Assembly: GCA_903825105.1 (NCBI GenBank)
Contig: CAIJZI010000006.1
Coordinates: forward strand, 1,399-65,398
Length of the DNA stretch: 64,000 nt
Source of the DNA: an uncultured bacterium
GTDB lineage: Bacteria > Patescibacteriota > Minisyncoccia > Phycocordibacterales > Phycocordibacteraceae
Reading direction: 5' to 3'
The position numbers and the translations under genes were made by a program. The notes beneath the pieces are model-generated. The model made no database searches, was not told the DNA's origin, and saw nothing but the letters and a program-made list of their open reading frames with translations. Positions 27,963 through 36,416 of this stretch are shown piece after piece; the first letter of the stretch is position 1; the number at the start of each line of letters is the position of its first letter.

Positions 27963-29253
27963 CCTACCGGACAGTCCCGGTATTTATATCTTCAAGCAGG
28001 GAAGAAAGATTTTGTATATCGGCAAGGCGACCAGCTTACGCGATCGTACGCGTTCTTATTTTGACGATGATTTAATCATTACGCGAGGCCCTCGCATTGT
28101 CGATATGGTGACGAAGGCCGATAAAATTTCGCATGAGGTGACGCCAACGGTGCTCGAAGCTCTTGTGCGCGAAGCGGCATTGATTAAAAAATATCATCCG
28201 ATAGCAAACACGGACGGCAAAGATGATTCAACATTTCTATATGTTGTTATTACGGAAGAAAAAATTCCGCGGGTGCTCACGCTTCGTGGCAAAGAAATTG
28301 ATTTTAAAAACCGAAAAACAATCGGCAAAAGGTCAGACCTTAATGCAAGTTCCTCAAGGTCTGACCTTAATCCGAGGCCGATTGTTTTTCGTGCGATTTA
28401 CGGCCCATTCCCGAGTGGTGCACAACTTAAAGAAGCTTTGCGAATTATTCGGCGCATCTTTCCATTTTTTGACACGCCGAAGCCTGTTGAAACAAAAAAT
28501 AAACATCAAGCGGCAAACATAGAGTTTAATAAACAGATTAAACAGTATCCGACTAATTTCGACGCTAAAGAATATCGCCGCACGATTCGGAGCGTGATGC
28601 TTTTCTTAAGTGGGCGCGCAAAAGATTTGAGAATAAAACTTGAAAAAGAAATGCACACGGCGAGCGAAGAAGAGCGATTTGAAGATGCTGCAGAACTGCG
28701 TCGACAACTTTTTGCATTGAATCATATACAAGATGTCTCGCTGATTAAGGATGAGAATCTTGAACGCAGCCCTTCGACAAGCTCAGGGCGATTCGCTTCG
28801 CGAATCGAAGCCTATGACACCGCGCATTTGTCTGGCACGAATGCGATTGGGGTAATGACGGTGGTCATCGACGGCACGCCAGTTAAAAAAGAATATCGCA
28901 CCTTTCGCATCCGTGGCAATGTGGGACTTCCGATGTCCCACATGAAAAACGACGATATTGCCTCATTAAAAGAAATTTTATCGCGTCGCTTTAATCATCC
29001 AGAATGGCAGTTCCCAGAAGTGATTGTCGTTGATGGTGGCAAGACACAGAAAAAAGCAGCAGAAGATTTTTTGAAAGAAAAGGATTTAAAAATTCCTGTC
29101 GTCGCGGTCGTGAAAGATGAAAGGCACCGCCCGCGCGAAGTCTTGGGCGCGCGTGTAGGGAAAATCTCTGAAGCAGACGCTGTTCTAGCGAATAGCGAAG
29201 CGCATCGATTCTCCCTTGTTCGTCACCGCCAAGCCCGCTCGCGTTTGGTATAA
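27934..29253 (+). CDS. uvrC: Excinuclease ABC subunit C, short form
   Basis: GIY..YIGKA GIY-YIG, UVR domain, RIEAYDTAH and VVDGG RNaseH-like domain; no HhH tail. Confidence 0.88.
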   Translation: MEKSDLKKSNLPDSPGIYIFKQGRKILYIGKATSLRDRTRSYFDDDLIITRGPRIVDMVTKADKISHEVTPTVLEALVREAALIKKYHPIANTDGKDDSTFLYVVITEEKIPRVLTLRGKEIDFKNRKTIGKRSDLNASSSRSDLNPRPIVFRAIYGPFPSGAQLKEALRIIRRIFPFFDTPKPVETKNKHQAANIEFNKQIKQYPTNFDAKEYRRTIRSVMLFLSGRAKDLRIKLEKEMHTASEEERFEDAAELRRQLFALNHIQDVSLIKDENLERSPSTSSGRFASRIEAYDTAHLSGTNAIGVMTVVIDGTPVKKEYRTFRIRGNVGLPMSHMKNDDIASLKEILSRRFNHPEWQFPEVIVVDGGKTQKKAAEDFLKEKDLKIPVVAVVKDERHRPREVLGARVGKISEADAVLANSEAHRFSLVRHRQARSRLV

Positions 29254-29260
29254 TAAATAT

Positions 29261-30247
29261 ATGCAAACCGTCGTTGGGATACTGCGAGGCGGGCCTTCGC
29301 GTGAACACGAGGTCTCGCTTAAAACGGGCGCGGCGATAATCGCGAACCTGCCTGAAGACCGATTCGTCGCGCGCGATATTTATATTGATAAAAACGGCGT
29401 TTGGCACGATCGAGGAATCCCGACAACTCCAGATAAAATTCTGCGACAAGTCGATGTGATTTTAAACGGTCTTCATGGCGACTACGGTGAAGACGGCGAG
29501 GTGCAAAAACTGCTCGAACAATTCAGTATTCCTTTTGCCGGTTCAGATTCATTTGGCTCGTATCTCGCGATGCATAAACTAATGTCGAAGAAGCGTGCGC
29601 AGGAGGCGGGACTGCTCACGCCAAAATTTCATTACATCGAAAATATTTCAGACAGCGAAAAAGCGGCAATAGAAATCACGCGAGCCTTTCATCAGCCCGT
29701 TATTGTAAAGCCGGTGAGTTGGGGCTCTTCGATCGGCGTCTCAATAGTTGGCGGCTATGTGCCGGTGCTTCAATCAATTGAAAAACTTTTTGGAGATGGG
29801 GCTAAAAGCGTTTTAGTAGAAGAATATATTCGCGGCAAGGAGGCGACGGCTGGAGTGGTCGAAGGACTGCGCGGAGAGAAGTTGTATGCACTCCCAACAG
29901 TTGAAATTGTTGCTCCAGAAAATGATTTCTTTTCATATAATTCAAAATATTCGGGGAAATCGCGCGAAGTCTGCCCGGGTAAATTCTCGCGCGTGATGTC
30001 TGAAGAGCTGCAGCGCGCCGCGCGCGTGATGCACCGGGCTCTTGGCCTGCGCCATTATTCGCGTAGCGATTTTATTGTCGCACCGCGGAAGGGCGAGCTT
30101 GGTGCAGAGAGTGTGTATTATCTCGAAACAAATACGCTTCCCGGACTCACTTCAGAATCGTTATTGCCAAAATCTCTCGCCGCCGTCGGCGTCTCCTTCT
30201 CTGATTTCTTATCACATCTGGTCAATTTAGCACTAGGGAAAAATTGA
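29261..30247 (+). CDS. ddl: D-alanine--D-alanine ligase
   Basis: GGPSREHEVSLKTG, LHGDYGEDG, GSSIGV, LETNTLPGLT; ATG 6 nt after TGgTATAAT. Confidence 0.93.
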   Translation: MQTVVGILRGGPSREHEVSLKTGAAIIANLPEDRFVARDIYIDKNGVWHDRGIPTTPDKILRQVDVILNGLHGDYGEDGEVQKLLEQFSIPFAGSDSFGSYLAMHKLMSKKRAQEAGLLTPKFHYIENISDSEKAAIEITRAFHQPVIVKPVSWGSSIGVSIVGGYVPVLQSIEKLFGDGAKSVLVEEYIRGKEATAGVVEGLRGEKLYALPTVEIVAPENDFFSYNSKYSGKSREVCPGKFSRVMSEELQRAARVMHRALGLRHYSRSDFIVAPRKGELGAESVYYLETNTLPGLTSESLLPKSLAAVGVSFSDFLSHLVNLALGKN

Positions 30248-30291
30248 CTTCAAATTATTGGAAAGAAGTGATAGTATAGAAACACCCTAAC

Positions 30292-30364
30292 GGGCCGTTA
30301 GCTCAGTTGGTAGAGCACCACATTTGCAATGTGGGGGTCGCAGGTTCGAATCCTGTACGGTCCA
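30292..30364 (+). tRNA. tRNA-Ala(TGC)
   Basis: Cloverleaf, anticodon loop TT-TGC-AA, G3:U70 pair, GGTTCGAATCC; CCA not encoded. Confidence 0.95.
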
Positions 30365-30568
30365 CAAAACAAAAGAGCCGTACGCGAGAGCGTTCGGCGA
30401 TTATTGTTTTGTAGGGCTGTACGGGATTCGAAGAGACGGAGCGGGGAACCCGTCGAGCACGACGGGTCGCGAGTCGCGGACACGACCAAAACCGAGTGCC
30501 GACGAGGTTTTGAGTTGCGGACGAAAAGCGTAATCGCGGTCCTGCACAACAGTGGTATTATGTCAGTT

Positions 30569-31168
30569 ATGAACACACCAAACAAAGTTTTGATGACACA
30601 AGCGCGGGAGTAGCTCGAAGGGAAGTGGAGTTCTGCTATCGGATTTTATTTTGTGTATCTCGTGATCACAATCTCGATTAGTCTGTTATTGGGGCTCTTT
30701 AAGATCAAAGGGCTGGCTCCAATCGTGTCGCTTATTCTCACGGGTCCATTCATGCTCGGTGTATCTCTTTTCACCCTGTCATTTTCTCGTGGGCAGCATA
30801 CAGACTACGGTTTTTTGTTTAAAGGATTCAACTACTTCGGTAGGACAGTTGGTGCATATCTTTGGGTGATGCTCTTTACAGTGCTTTGGTCGCTCCTTCT
30901 CATTGTCCCTGGGATTATTGCTGGTATCTCCTATTCTCAAACATTCTTCATAATGGCAGACGATACTTCAACCGACTTTAGAGAAGCGGTGAAGAAGAGT
31001 AAAAGAATGATGCAGGGAAATAATAAGTGGAGATATTTTTATCTTCATATGCGATTCTTGGGCTGGGCTTTGCTCTCACTCCTGACGCTCGGGATTGGCT
31101 TTTTGTGGTTTATCCCGTATGTACGAATAAGCGAAGCGAAATTTTACGAAGATATAAAACACGGATAA
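30569..31168 (+). pseudogene. DUF975-family membrane protein interrupted by in-frame TAG at 30611-30613
   Basis: MNTPNKVLMTQARE*LEGKWSSAIG continues in frame into the 30653 ORF (LWSLLLIVPGII..YSQ, YVRISEAKFYEDI). Confidence 0.7.
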
Positions 31169-31259
31169 TTGTTCCCGACAAAATGAAAAATCCGCAAAAA
31201 GCGGATCAGGGAATTTAAAAAACGGACTGTTTGCAATTAATGCATTCAGTCCGTTTTGT

Positions 31260-31652
31260 TTACGAGCTCAAAGCGGCGGAGAGCTGCCTCTTTAGCGTCA
31301 TCTGTGGCCCGCGCTTACGCCGGGTCACATCCTTGATTGTCTCCAGTAATTCGCCGGCCGAATTACTTTTGTTCAAAAGGGCATTGGCGGCGTCACTCGA
31401 TGCCTCGAACAGAATTATAGGAACGCGCGAGTCCAGCCGTTTTAAATTTTCAGTGAGTTGTACGCTGGTGTCCGGATTCATAAATCTTATAATCACGAGA
31501 TCAATAACCGGATTTTTCAGAAACTGCTTTTCCGCCTCGAGTGGGTCACTCGCCCGTATCAGGTGGAAACAATTTGTCTTAAGCAGATAGGCAAGGATCG
31601 AAATCCTCTCCTCGTCTCCTGCCAAAAGCACCATCTTTCTCGGTCTCCCCAT
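31260..31652 (-). CDS. Atypical single-domain response-regulator receiver
   Basis: Receiver-like pattern; DLVIIR lacks phospho-Asp; SD GGAGG; RKRGP tail. Confidence 0.6.
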   Translation of the reverse strand: MGRPRKMVLLAGDEERISILAYLLKTNCFHLIRASDPLEAEKQFLKNPVIDLVIIRFMNPDTSVQLTENLKRLDSRVPIILFEASSDAANALLNKSNSAGELLETIKDVTRRKRGPQMTLKRQLSAALSS

Positions 31653-31725
31653 ACAAATCCTCCACAAATCCTTTTGTATTATAGCATAACGCGAAAAATC
31701 CGCAAAAAGCGGATTTTTCGTTTTG

Positions 31726-31796
31726 TCGGGCCGCCGAGAATTGAACTCGGTCTACACGCACCCGAAGCGTGCGTACTACCGGCATACTCCGGCCCG
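31726..31796 (-). tRNA. tRNA-Pro(CGG)
   Basis: CGGGCCG acceptor, anticodon loop TT-CGG-GT, GTTCAATTC; 71 nt, atypical G8/G14. Confidence 0.85.
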
Positions 31797-31867
31797 AAGC
31801 ACCTCAACAGTCTAGCTATTTTTTTGGATAAAGTAAAAGCCCGCCGAGGATCTGGCGGGCTAGGGAA

Positions 31868-32212
31868 CTACTCAAGCAGCACAAGCGATTTGATCAGGCT
31901 CGGAGTGTTCACTTTTTTAGGCAAGATTACAATCTTGTCGCTCGGCACTTTGTCGACGAGTAGAATGACTCTGATGTGCGGATGATCACTGCTTACCGTT
32001 TCCGCTTCCATAATCATTGCACTGGAAGTGAAGATCATCACATCCACCTTACCTTCGTCGGCGAGTTCCATCGCGCTCGTAATAGATCCGACTGTTTGTA
32101 CTGATGCGACGGGGCCTCCGCCGCTCTCTGTGCGGCAAATGTCGTTAACTGCGCAGGTTACCATTTCGACGGTAACATGGTCGCTTGTATCGACTACCAA
32201 AACCTTTTTCAT
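31868..32212 (-). CDS. Receiver-like (CheY-fold) hypothetical protein
   Basis: MKKVLVVD...VDVMIFT...HPHIRVILL; SD AGGAGG; no phospho-Asp. Confidence 0.55.
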   Translation of the reverse strand: MKKVLVVDTSDHVTVEMVTCAVNDICRTESGGGPVASVQTVGSITSAMELADEGKVDVMIFTSSAMIMEAETVSSDHPHIRVILLVDKVPSDKIVILPKKVNTPSLIKSLVLLE

Positions 32213-32272
32213 CTACCCTCCTTTTTTCAAATTTCCATTTATGACAATAATACTTTTTATGGGAAATGCAAG

Positions 32273-32346
32273 TGCGCTCTACAGGATTCGGACCTGTGAC
32301 CTTACGCGTGTGAAGCGTACGCTCTAACCAACTGAGCTAAGAGCGC
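32273..32346 (-). tRNA. tRNA-Val(CAC)
   Basis: Cloverleaf with anticodon loop TT-CAC-AC; T-loop TCCGAAT is atypical. Confidence 0.88.
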
Positions 32347-32388
32347 GCATATAGACAATAGCAGACATATCGCGATATTCACAAATTG

Positions 32389-32461
32389 TGGACCCGAGGG
32401 GGATCGAACCCCTTGCCTCGTCCATGCCATGGACGCGCTCTACCAAGTGAGCTACGGGCCC
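32389..32461 (-). tRNA. tRNA-Ala(GGC)
   Basis: GGGCCCG acceptor with G3:U70, anticodon loop AT-GGC-AT, GTTCGATC. Confidence 0.93.
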
Positions 32462-32537
32462 GGTTTATTGTGGCGCCGTAATAGGAATTACGGCATCCTA
32501 CAAAATTATACTCGCCGATTACGGCTCGTTAATTTTG

Positions 32538-32610
32538 TGGACCTGAGCGGACTTGAACCGCTTACCTCGTCAATGCGAATGACGCGCTCTACCAGATGAG
32601 CTACAGGCCC
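32538..32610 (-). tRNA. tRNA-Ala(CGC)
   Basis: GGGCCTG acceptor with G3:U70, anticodon loop TT-CGC-AT, GTTCAAGTC. Confidence 0.93.
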
Positions 32611-32692
32611 TAATCGAACAGATTTTAACATACATAACAAAAACACAAAACCCGCCGCGCGGAACGCGCGGCGGATTTTTTGTTTTGCGAAT

Positions 32693-32941
32693 TTATTTCA
32701 AATGCGCCGAGACGAGCTTCGTCATCTCGAACATCGTCACTTCGCCTTTACCGAAGACTATCTTCAGCTTCTCATCCGCGAGGATGTTGCGCTTGTTCGC
32801 TGGGTTCTGAAGGTCGTGCTTCTTGATGTATTCCCAAAGTTTCTTAACCACTTCAGTTCTCGGCATCGGGCCTGCGCCAATAACGGCTTCAAGTTCCGGT
32901 GAAAGGGTAAGCGGTTTTGATAGAGCTGAGTTTATTGCCAT
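32693..32941 (-). CDS. SWIB/MDM2 domain protein
   Basis: LSPELEAVIG..PRTEVVKKLWEYIKKHDLQNP..KRNI.ADEKLK. Confidence 0.92.
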   Translation of the reverse strand: MAINSALSKPLTLSPELEAVIGAGPMPRTEVVKKLWEYIKKHDLQNPANKRNILADEKLKIVFGKGEVTMFEMTKLVSAHLK

Positions 32942-33015
32942 AATGAATATAATTCGATTAATGCGCACACTGCCGTCTACTAGTATACCGCACTTGAGGG
33001 ATGTATACTAGGGGT

Positions 33016-33249
33016 ATGTCAATACAAAGTTTCTTATTAAATCAGTACGCGAAGTGGAAGTTGAAGGATATGCCGGTCGAGCAGCGCGAACAGATGACCG
33101 CTCTCGTCTCAAAGGATCCAGAACTTTTTAAAAAAATCGGTGAAGAAATCGAGCGAAGGAAGAAGGGCGGGGAGCCAGAGATGAAGGCAGCGATGGAGGT
33201 GATGAAGAAGTATCGCGCCGAGCTCTCGGTGCTGATGCAAAATAAATAA
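33016..33249 (+). CDS. Small conserved hypothetical protein
   Basis: ATG 6 nt after TATACT; DPELFKKIGEEI..GEPEMKAAMEVMKKY. Confidence 0.7.
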   Translation: MSIQSFLLNQYAKWKLKDMPVEQREQMTALVSKDPELFKKIGEEIERRKKGGEPEMKAAMEVMKKYRAELSVLMQNK

Positions 33250-33259
33250 TACATAAAAT

Positions 33260-33769
33260 ATGATCGCCCTCGTCTTCTTCCTTATCTTCTTTCAAGCGTT
33301 CGGCGCTTGTGTCGGGGCATTCTCCGCGCTTTGGGGCGAAGTGGTCTACATTGTAGCGATGCGTGATGGAAAAATAGATAAAGCAGAACGCGCACATCTC
33401 ACCGCGATCGGGCAGGGACTGCGCTTCGGGATGGCGATGCTTCTCCTCGCATCATTCGCGCTCATTATCGTTGACTTCACACTCCGCGTCTCGCGCCAGC
33501 CGGCGCTCACGCCGAGCTATTGGATCTTTATCTTCCTCGCTCTCGCTGTTATCGTCGCTTCGTGGCTTCTCGCGCGAAAAAAGATTTCTTTTATCGCCGG
33601 CTCCGCGATTCTCATAACCTCGTGGGCGCTGCTCGTCTTCTTAACCCTAGGGCTTTTGCCCGTTATCTCATTCCTCGCGATCGTAGCCCTTTTTGTCATT
33701 CTCGTCGTCGTTTTATATGCCGTGATTTATTACGCCCGTCTTATCGCATCGTCACCTAGAAATAGATGA
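33260..33769 (+). CDS. Multi-pass membrane protein
   Basis: About five hydrophobic helices; AMRDGKIDKAE loop. Confidence 0.7.
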   Translation: MIALVFFLIFFQAFGACVGAFSALWGEVVYIVAMRDGKIDKAERAHLTAIGQGLRFGMAMLLLASFALIIVDFTLRVSRQPALTPSYWIFIFLALAVIVASWLLARKKISFIAGSAILITSWALLVFLTLGLLPVISFLAIVALFVILVVVLYAVIYYARLIASSPRNR

Positions 33770-33796
33770 CATAGTAATTACCGCTCGTATTGTATA

Positions 33797-34966
33797 ATGA
33801 ATCAGAATTCTTTTAATCAAAATTACTTATTAAACATGAATAAACCATCCGCTTTCCAAACCCAATATCCTTTAAGTCAGAAGAAGTTTTGGAAAAAAAT
33901 AATACCTAGTTTTATCTTTTGGTTTATTATTTCGGTTGGACTTGCGATCTTTCAAATAATTTTTGTCACACAGCTTTTTGGCGCATCAGATCTGATAGAC
34001 ATGGCTAATTTTATAAATATATCTCTCTTGGTATTTTATAGTGTAGTCGTAGTCTCTTTTGTAATCTATATTTTTTATATTAAAGCCTACATAAAAAGAT
34101 ATTATTACGATTGTGGTGATCAGTTTGTCACAATCAAAAAAGGCGTCTTCGCCCCAACTGAAATTCATGTTCAATATCAAAAGATTCAGGATGTTTATGT
34201 GGATCAAGACTTATGGGATAGAATAATGGGGCTTTATGATGTTCATATCGCAAGCGCCACTGTGACTTCTGGAATTGAAGCTCATATCGATGGGGTAAAT
34301 GTAGATGTGGCGGAAAATTTAAAAAATATAATTCTAGAGAAAATTCATGGCGGGAATAATCCACCATCTATACAAGCAAGTAGCGGTCAGCCACAAAGTC
34401 AACAGTCGAGCTCTGTTCAATTTGCTCAAAAAATTTCAAGCGATACATATCCTATCGACGGCGCGTGGGTAGTCTCAATGCTTGGCAGTTCTTTGTTTTC
34501 TGGGATCATTTGGTCTCTTATTATCATAGGCTGTTCTCTAGGTAATGTAGATTATCATTCTACTTCGATTTTTTTGATATTATTTTTGTCACTATTATTA
34601 ATAATATTTTTTTTCCGTCTCGTTTATTTGTTAATTTGGAAAAAGAATTACTATTTTGAATTTATGCCGGAGTATATCTTGCTTCGCACGGGAGTGATTA
34701 GTAAATCAGAAAATCACTTACCATATAAATCAATCCAGAATGTTTTAAATAAGCAAAGTATCTTAAATAGAATATTGGGATTATCAACTGTGATAATTCA
34801 AAACGCTGCACAACAAATGGTTTCTTCTCGCGGGCAAGCAATCGGTCAAGGATCCGCCATTTCTCTCGTTTGGCAACCTAAAGATAAAGCGGAAGAATTA
34901 AGCAATATGCTAAATGAAATTGTTACTAAAGCAAATGCTCAAAATTCAAATAGTATGGGGTTGTAA
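33797..34966 (+). CDS. Membrane protein with two bacterial PH (bPH_2/YdbS-like) domains
   Basis: IKKGVF..YQKIQDV..DRIMGL and LRTGVI..YKSIQNV..NRILGL repeats; AT-rich. Confidence 0.8.
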   Translation: MNQNSFNQNYLLNMNKPSAFQTQYPLSQKKFWKKIIPSFIFWFIISVGLAIFQIIFVTQLFGASDLIDMANFINISLLVFYSVVVVSFVIYIFYIKAYIKRYYYDCGDQFVTIKKGVFAPTEIHVQYQKIQDVYVDQDLWDRIMGLYDVHIASATVTSGIEAHIDGVNVDVAENLKNIILEKIHGGNNPPSIQASSGQPQSQQSSSVQFAQKISSDTYPIDGAWVVSMLGSSLFSGIIWSLIIIGCSLGNVDYHSTSIFLILFLSLLLIIFFFRLVYLLIWKKNYYFEFMPEYILLRTGVISKSENHLPYKSIQNVLNKQSILNRILGLSTVIIQNAAQQMVSSRGQAIGQGSAISLVWQPKDKAEELSNMLNEIVTKANAQNSNSMGL

Positions 34967-35003
34967 GATAATAACGAAAATCATTAATAATTATATCTAA
35001 CAT

Positions 35004-35711
35004 ATGCTTAACACTTACATAAGCATCTTTAAAAAATATACCGTTTTTGACGGCCGTGCAGGGAGAAGGGAATATTGGATATTTATGCTCACGAACATCG
35101 TTCTCTATTTTTTTATTGAGTTTGTATGCAACGTAATTGCTCTTTCTACGGAAATAATGTGGATTACCGATCTCTCGTATCTCTTTGTGTTAGTAATCCT
35201 TCTCCCGAGCCTTGCGGTACAGGTGCGCAGACTTCACGATACGAATCGTAGCGGATGGTGGATATTAATCGGTCTGGTGCCGCTTTTTGGCGTAGTAGTG
35301 CTATTAGTGTTCGGATTGTTGGATGGTGAATCCAAAAATAATACACATGATTCTCTTATCACACAAAATGGAATAACCGGAATAAATTCCGTGACACCCC
35401 TGAATTCAGTTGTTCCTATTCAAAAAACAGGTTCACCGCTATCAAAGATCACGGCGATTACTTTTAGCGTCATCGCTTTCATTGCTTCTGGCGTCCATAT
35501 CTTGTTCGCTTTGGTATTCATTGTTTTTTGTGACAGTGGACCCGTGTCTCGATGTCTCAAATTTTCTAGTGTAGCGATGCTCTTTTGTTTGACGGAAGTT
35601 TCGGTGGCTATCACTGCTCTGGTGATGGTGAACAAAAAAACAAAGCTTGCATTACTTCTTTCTCTGCTTTCTATGATAATAGCTTTAGGATCTTTGGCAT
35701 TATTAAATTAA
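35004..35711 (+). CDS. DUF805 (YhaH-like) membrane protein with C-terminal extension
   Basis: FDGRAGRREYW, PSLAVQVRRLHDTNRSGWW. Confidence 0.85.
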   Translation: MLNTYISIFKKYTVFDGRAGRREYWIFMLTNIVLYFFIEFVCNVIALSTEIMWITDLSYLFVLVILLPSLAVQVRRLHDTNRSGWWILIGLVPLFGVVVLLVFGLLDGESKNNTHDSLITQNGITGINSVTPLNSVVPIQKTGSPLSKITAITFSVIAFIASGVHILFALVFIVFCDSGPVSRCLKFSSVAMLFCLTEVSVAITALVMVNKKTKLALLLSLLSMIIALGSLALLN

Positions 35712-35712
35712 T

Positions 35713-36135
35713 ATGAAAAAGTTTTTAAATAAAACATTCAATCTCGCGGGTCTTTTAAGAGGGTTTTTAACAGGGGTAACGATCGGGCTGCTTCTATTCT
35801 TTCTTATAATTATTATCGGAGGATTAAAAGTAATTGAATCTGACGCTATATCTTTTATCTTTTACACAGTAACATTTCTTCCGGCTATCATTTTAGCGAT
35901 TTTAAAAGCGCGATCCAGCCCTGCTAAAATAAGCGAAGGTATTAAAAGATGGGTTGACTCAACAAGATCAGTTACCAATCTTAGTTTCGCCGCTGGTTCT
36001 GGGTTTGCGGATTCACTATTCCCAGAACAAATTACCATCAAGAGATTTCTTATAGAAACAATTTATTGGTTAAGCATAATAGCTTTTGTTATCTGTTTGA
36101 ATATGGCGGCATACTATGTGTACAGTAATCAATAA
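35713..36135 (+). CDS. Hypothetical membrane protein
   Basis: Three hydrophobic segments; abuts previous gene. Confidence 0.6.
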   Translation: MKKFLNKTFNLAGLLRGFLTGVTIGLLLFFLIIIIGGLKVIESDAISFIFYTVTFLPAIILAILKARSSPAKISEGIKRWVDSTRSVTNLSFAAGSGFADSLFPEQITIKRFLIETIYWLSIIAFVICLNMAAYYVYSNQ

Positions 36136-36212
36136 TTAATCATCATTCTGAATTTATTTTTCTTTTTAAACAAAAACAAGCATTTAAAGCGCAAATAGTG
36201 TAAATTAAAAAG

Positions 36213-36236
36213 ATGTTGAAAATTGGCATAGTGTGA
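36213..36236 (+). pseudogene. ychF: Stranded native 5' end of ychF (MLKIGIV*) at attL
   Basis: ATG TTG AAA ATT GGC ATA GTG TGA; joining at GT 36231-32 to 51489 restores MLKIGIVGLPNVGKS in frame; TAAATT 6 nt upstream. Confidence 0.85.
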
Positions 36237-36361
36237 ACACTATCTGCCATCACTCTGGGTTAGAAAGAGAGAAACGCATCCCATTTTCATTTGTTATCAA
36301 GCTCCCTCCTCCGGATCATCGGACGGTAAAGCGAGCATTAAGAGAACTTCCTGTTTCCTAA
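36233..36361 (+). other. Alternative 42-codon recombinase C-terminus, fused only in the excised (attP) form
   Basis: In frame with recombinase codon 536 after circularisation: VNTICHHSGLEREKRIPFSFVIKLPPPDHRTVKRALRELPVS*; 12/13 inverted repeat 36347-36388 at its stop. Confidence 0.65.
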
Positions 36362-36416
36362 CCCTATATACCGTCAGGAAGCAGGAAGATGGTTCGGGTT
36401 GTGGCATACTTTTCCT

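Noticed and set aside
30298-30585. ORFs overlapping tRNA-Ala and other antisense or alternate-frame ORFs in the track
   Set aside because: Shadows of tRNAs or long conserved genes; no motifs or start signals
30611-30613. Amber recoding / alternative genetic code
   Set aside because: TAG and TGA terminate conserved genes normally elsewhere in the window (e.g. the DsbA-family gene, uvrB, mnmA)
30292-32610. tRNA cluster as the integration site of the 15-kb element
   Set aside because: No tRNA 3' duplication at the element ends; boundaries map to ychF
36233-36234. Second GT as crossover core (gives a more symmetric attP: AGATAG-N5-GT-N5-CTATCT)
   Set aside because: It would leave the restored ychF frameshifted by 2 nt; the first GT (36231-32) restores ychF and gives an open integrase tail. 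Junction reads would settle it.
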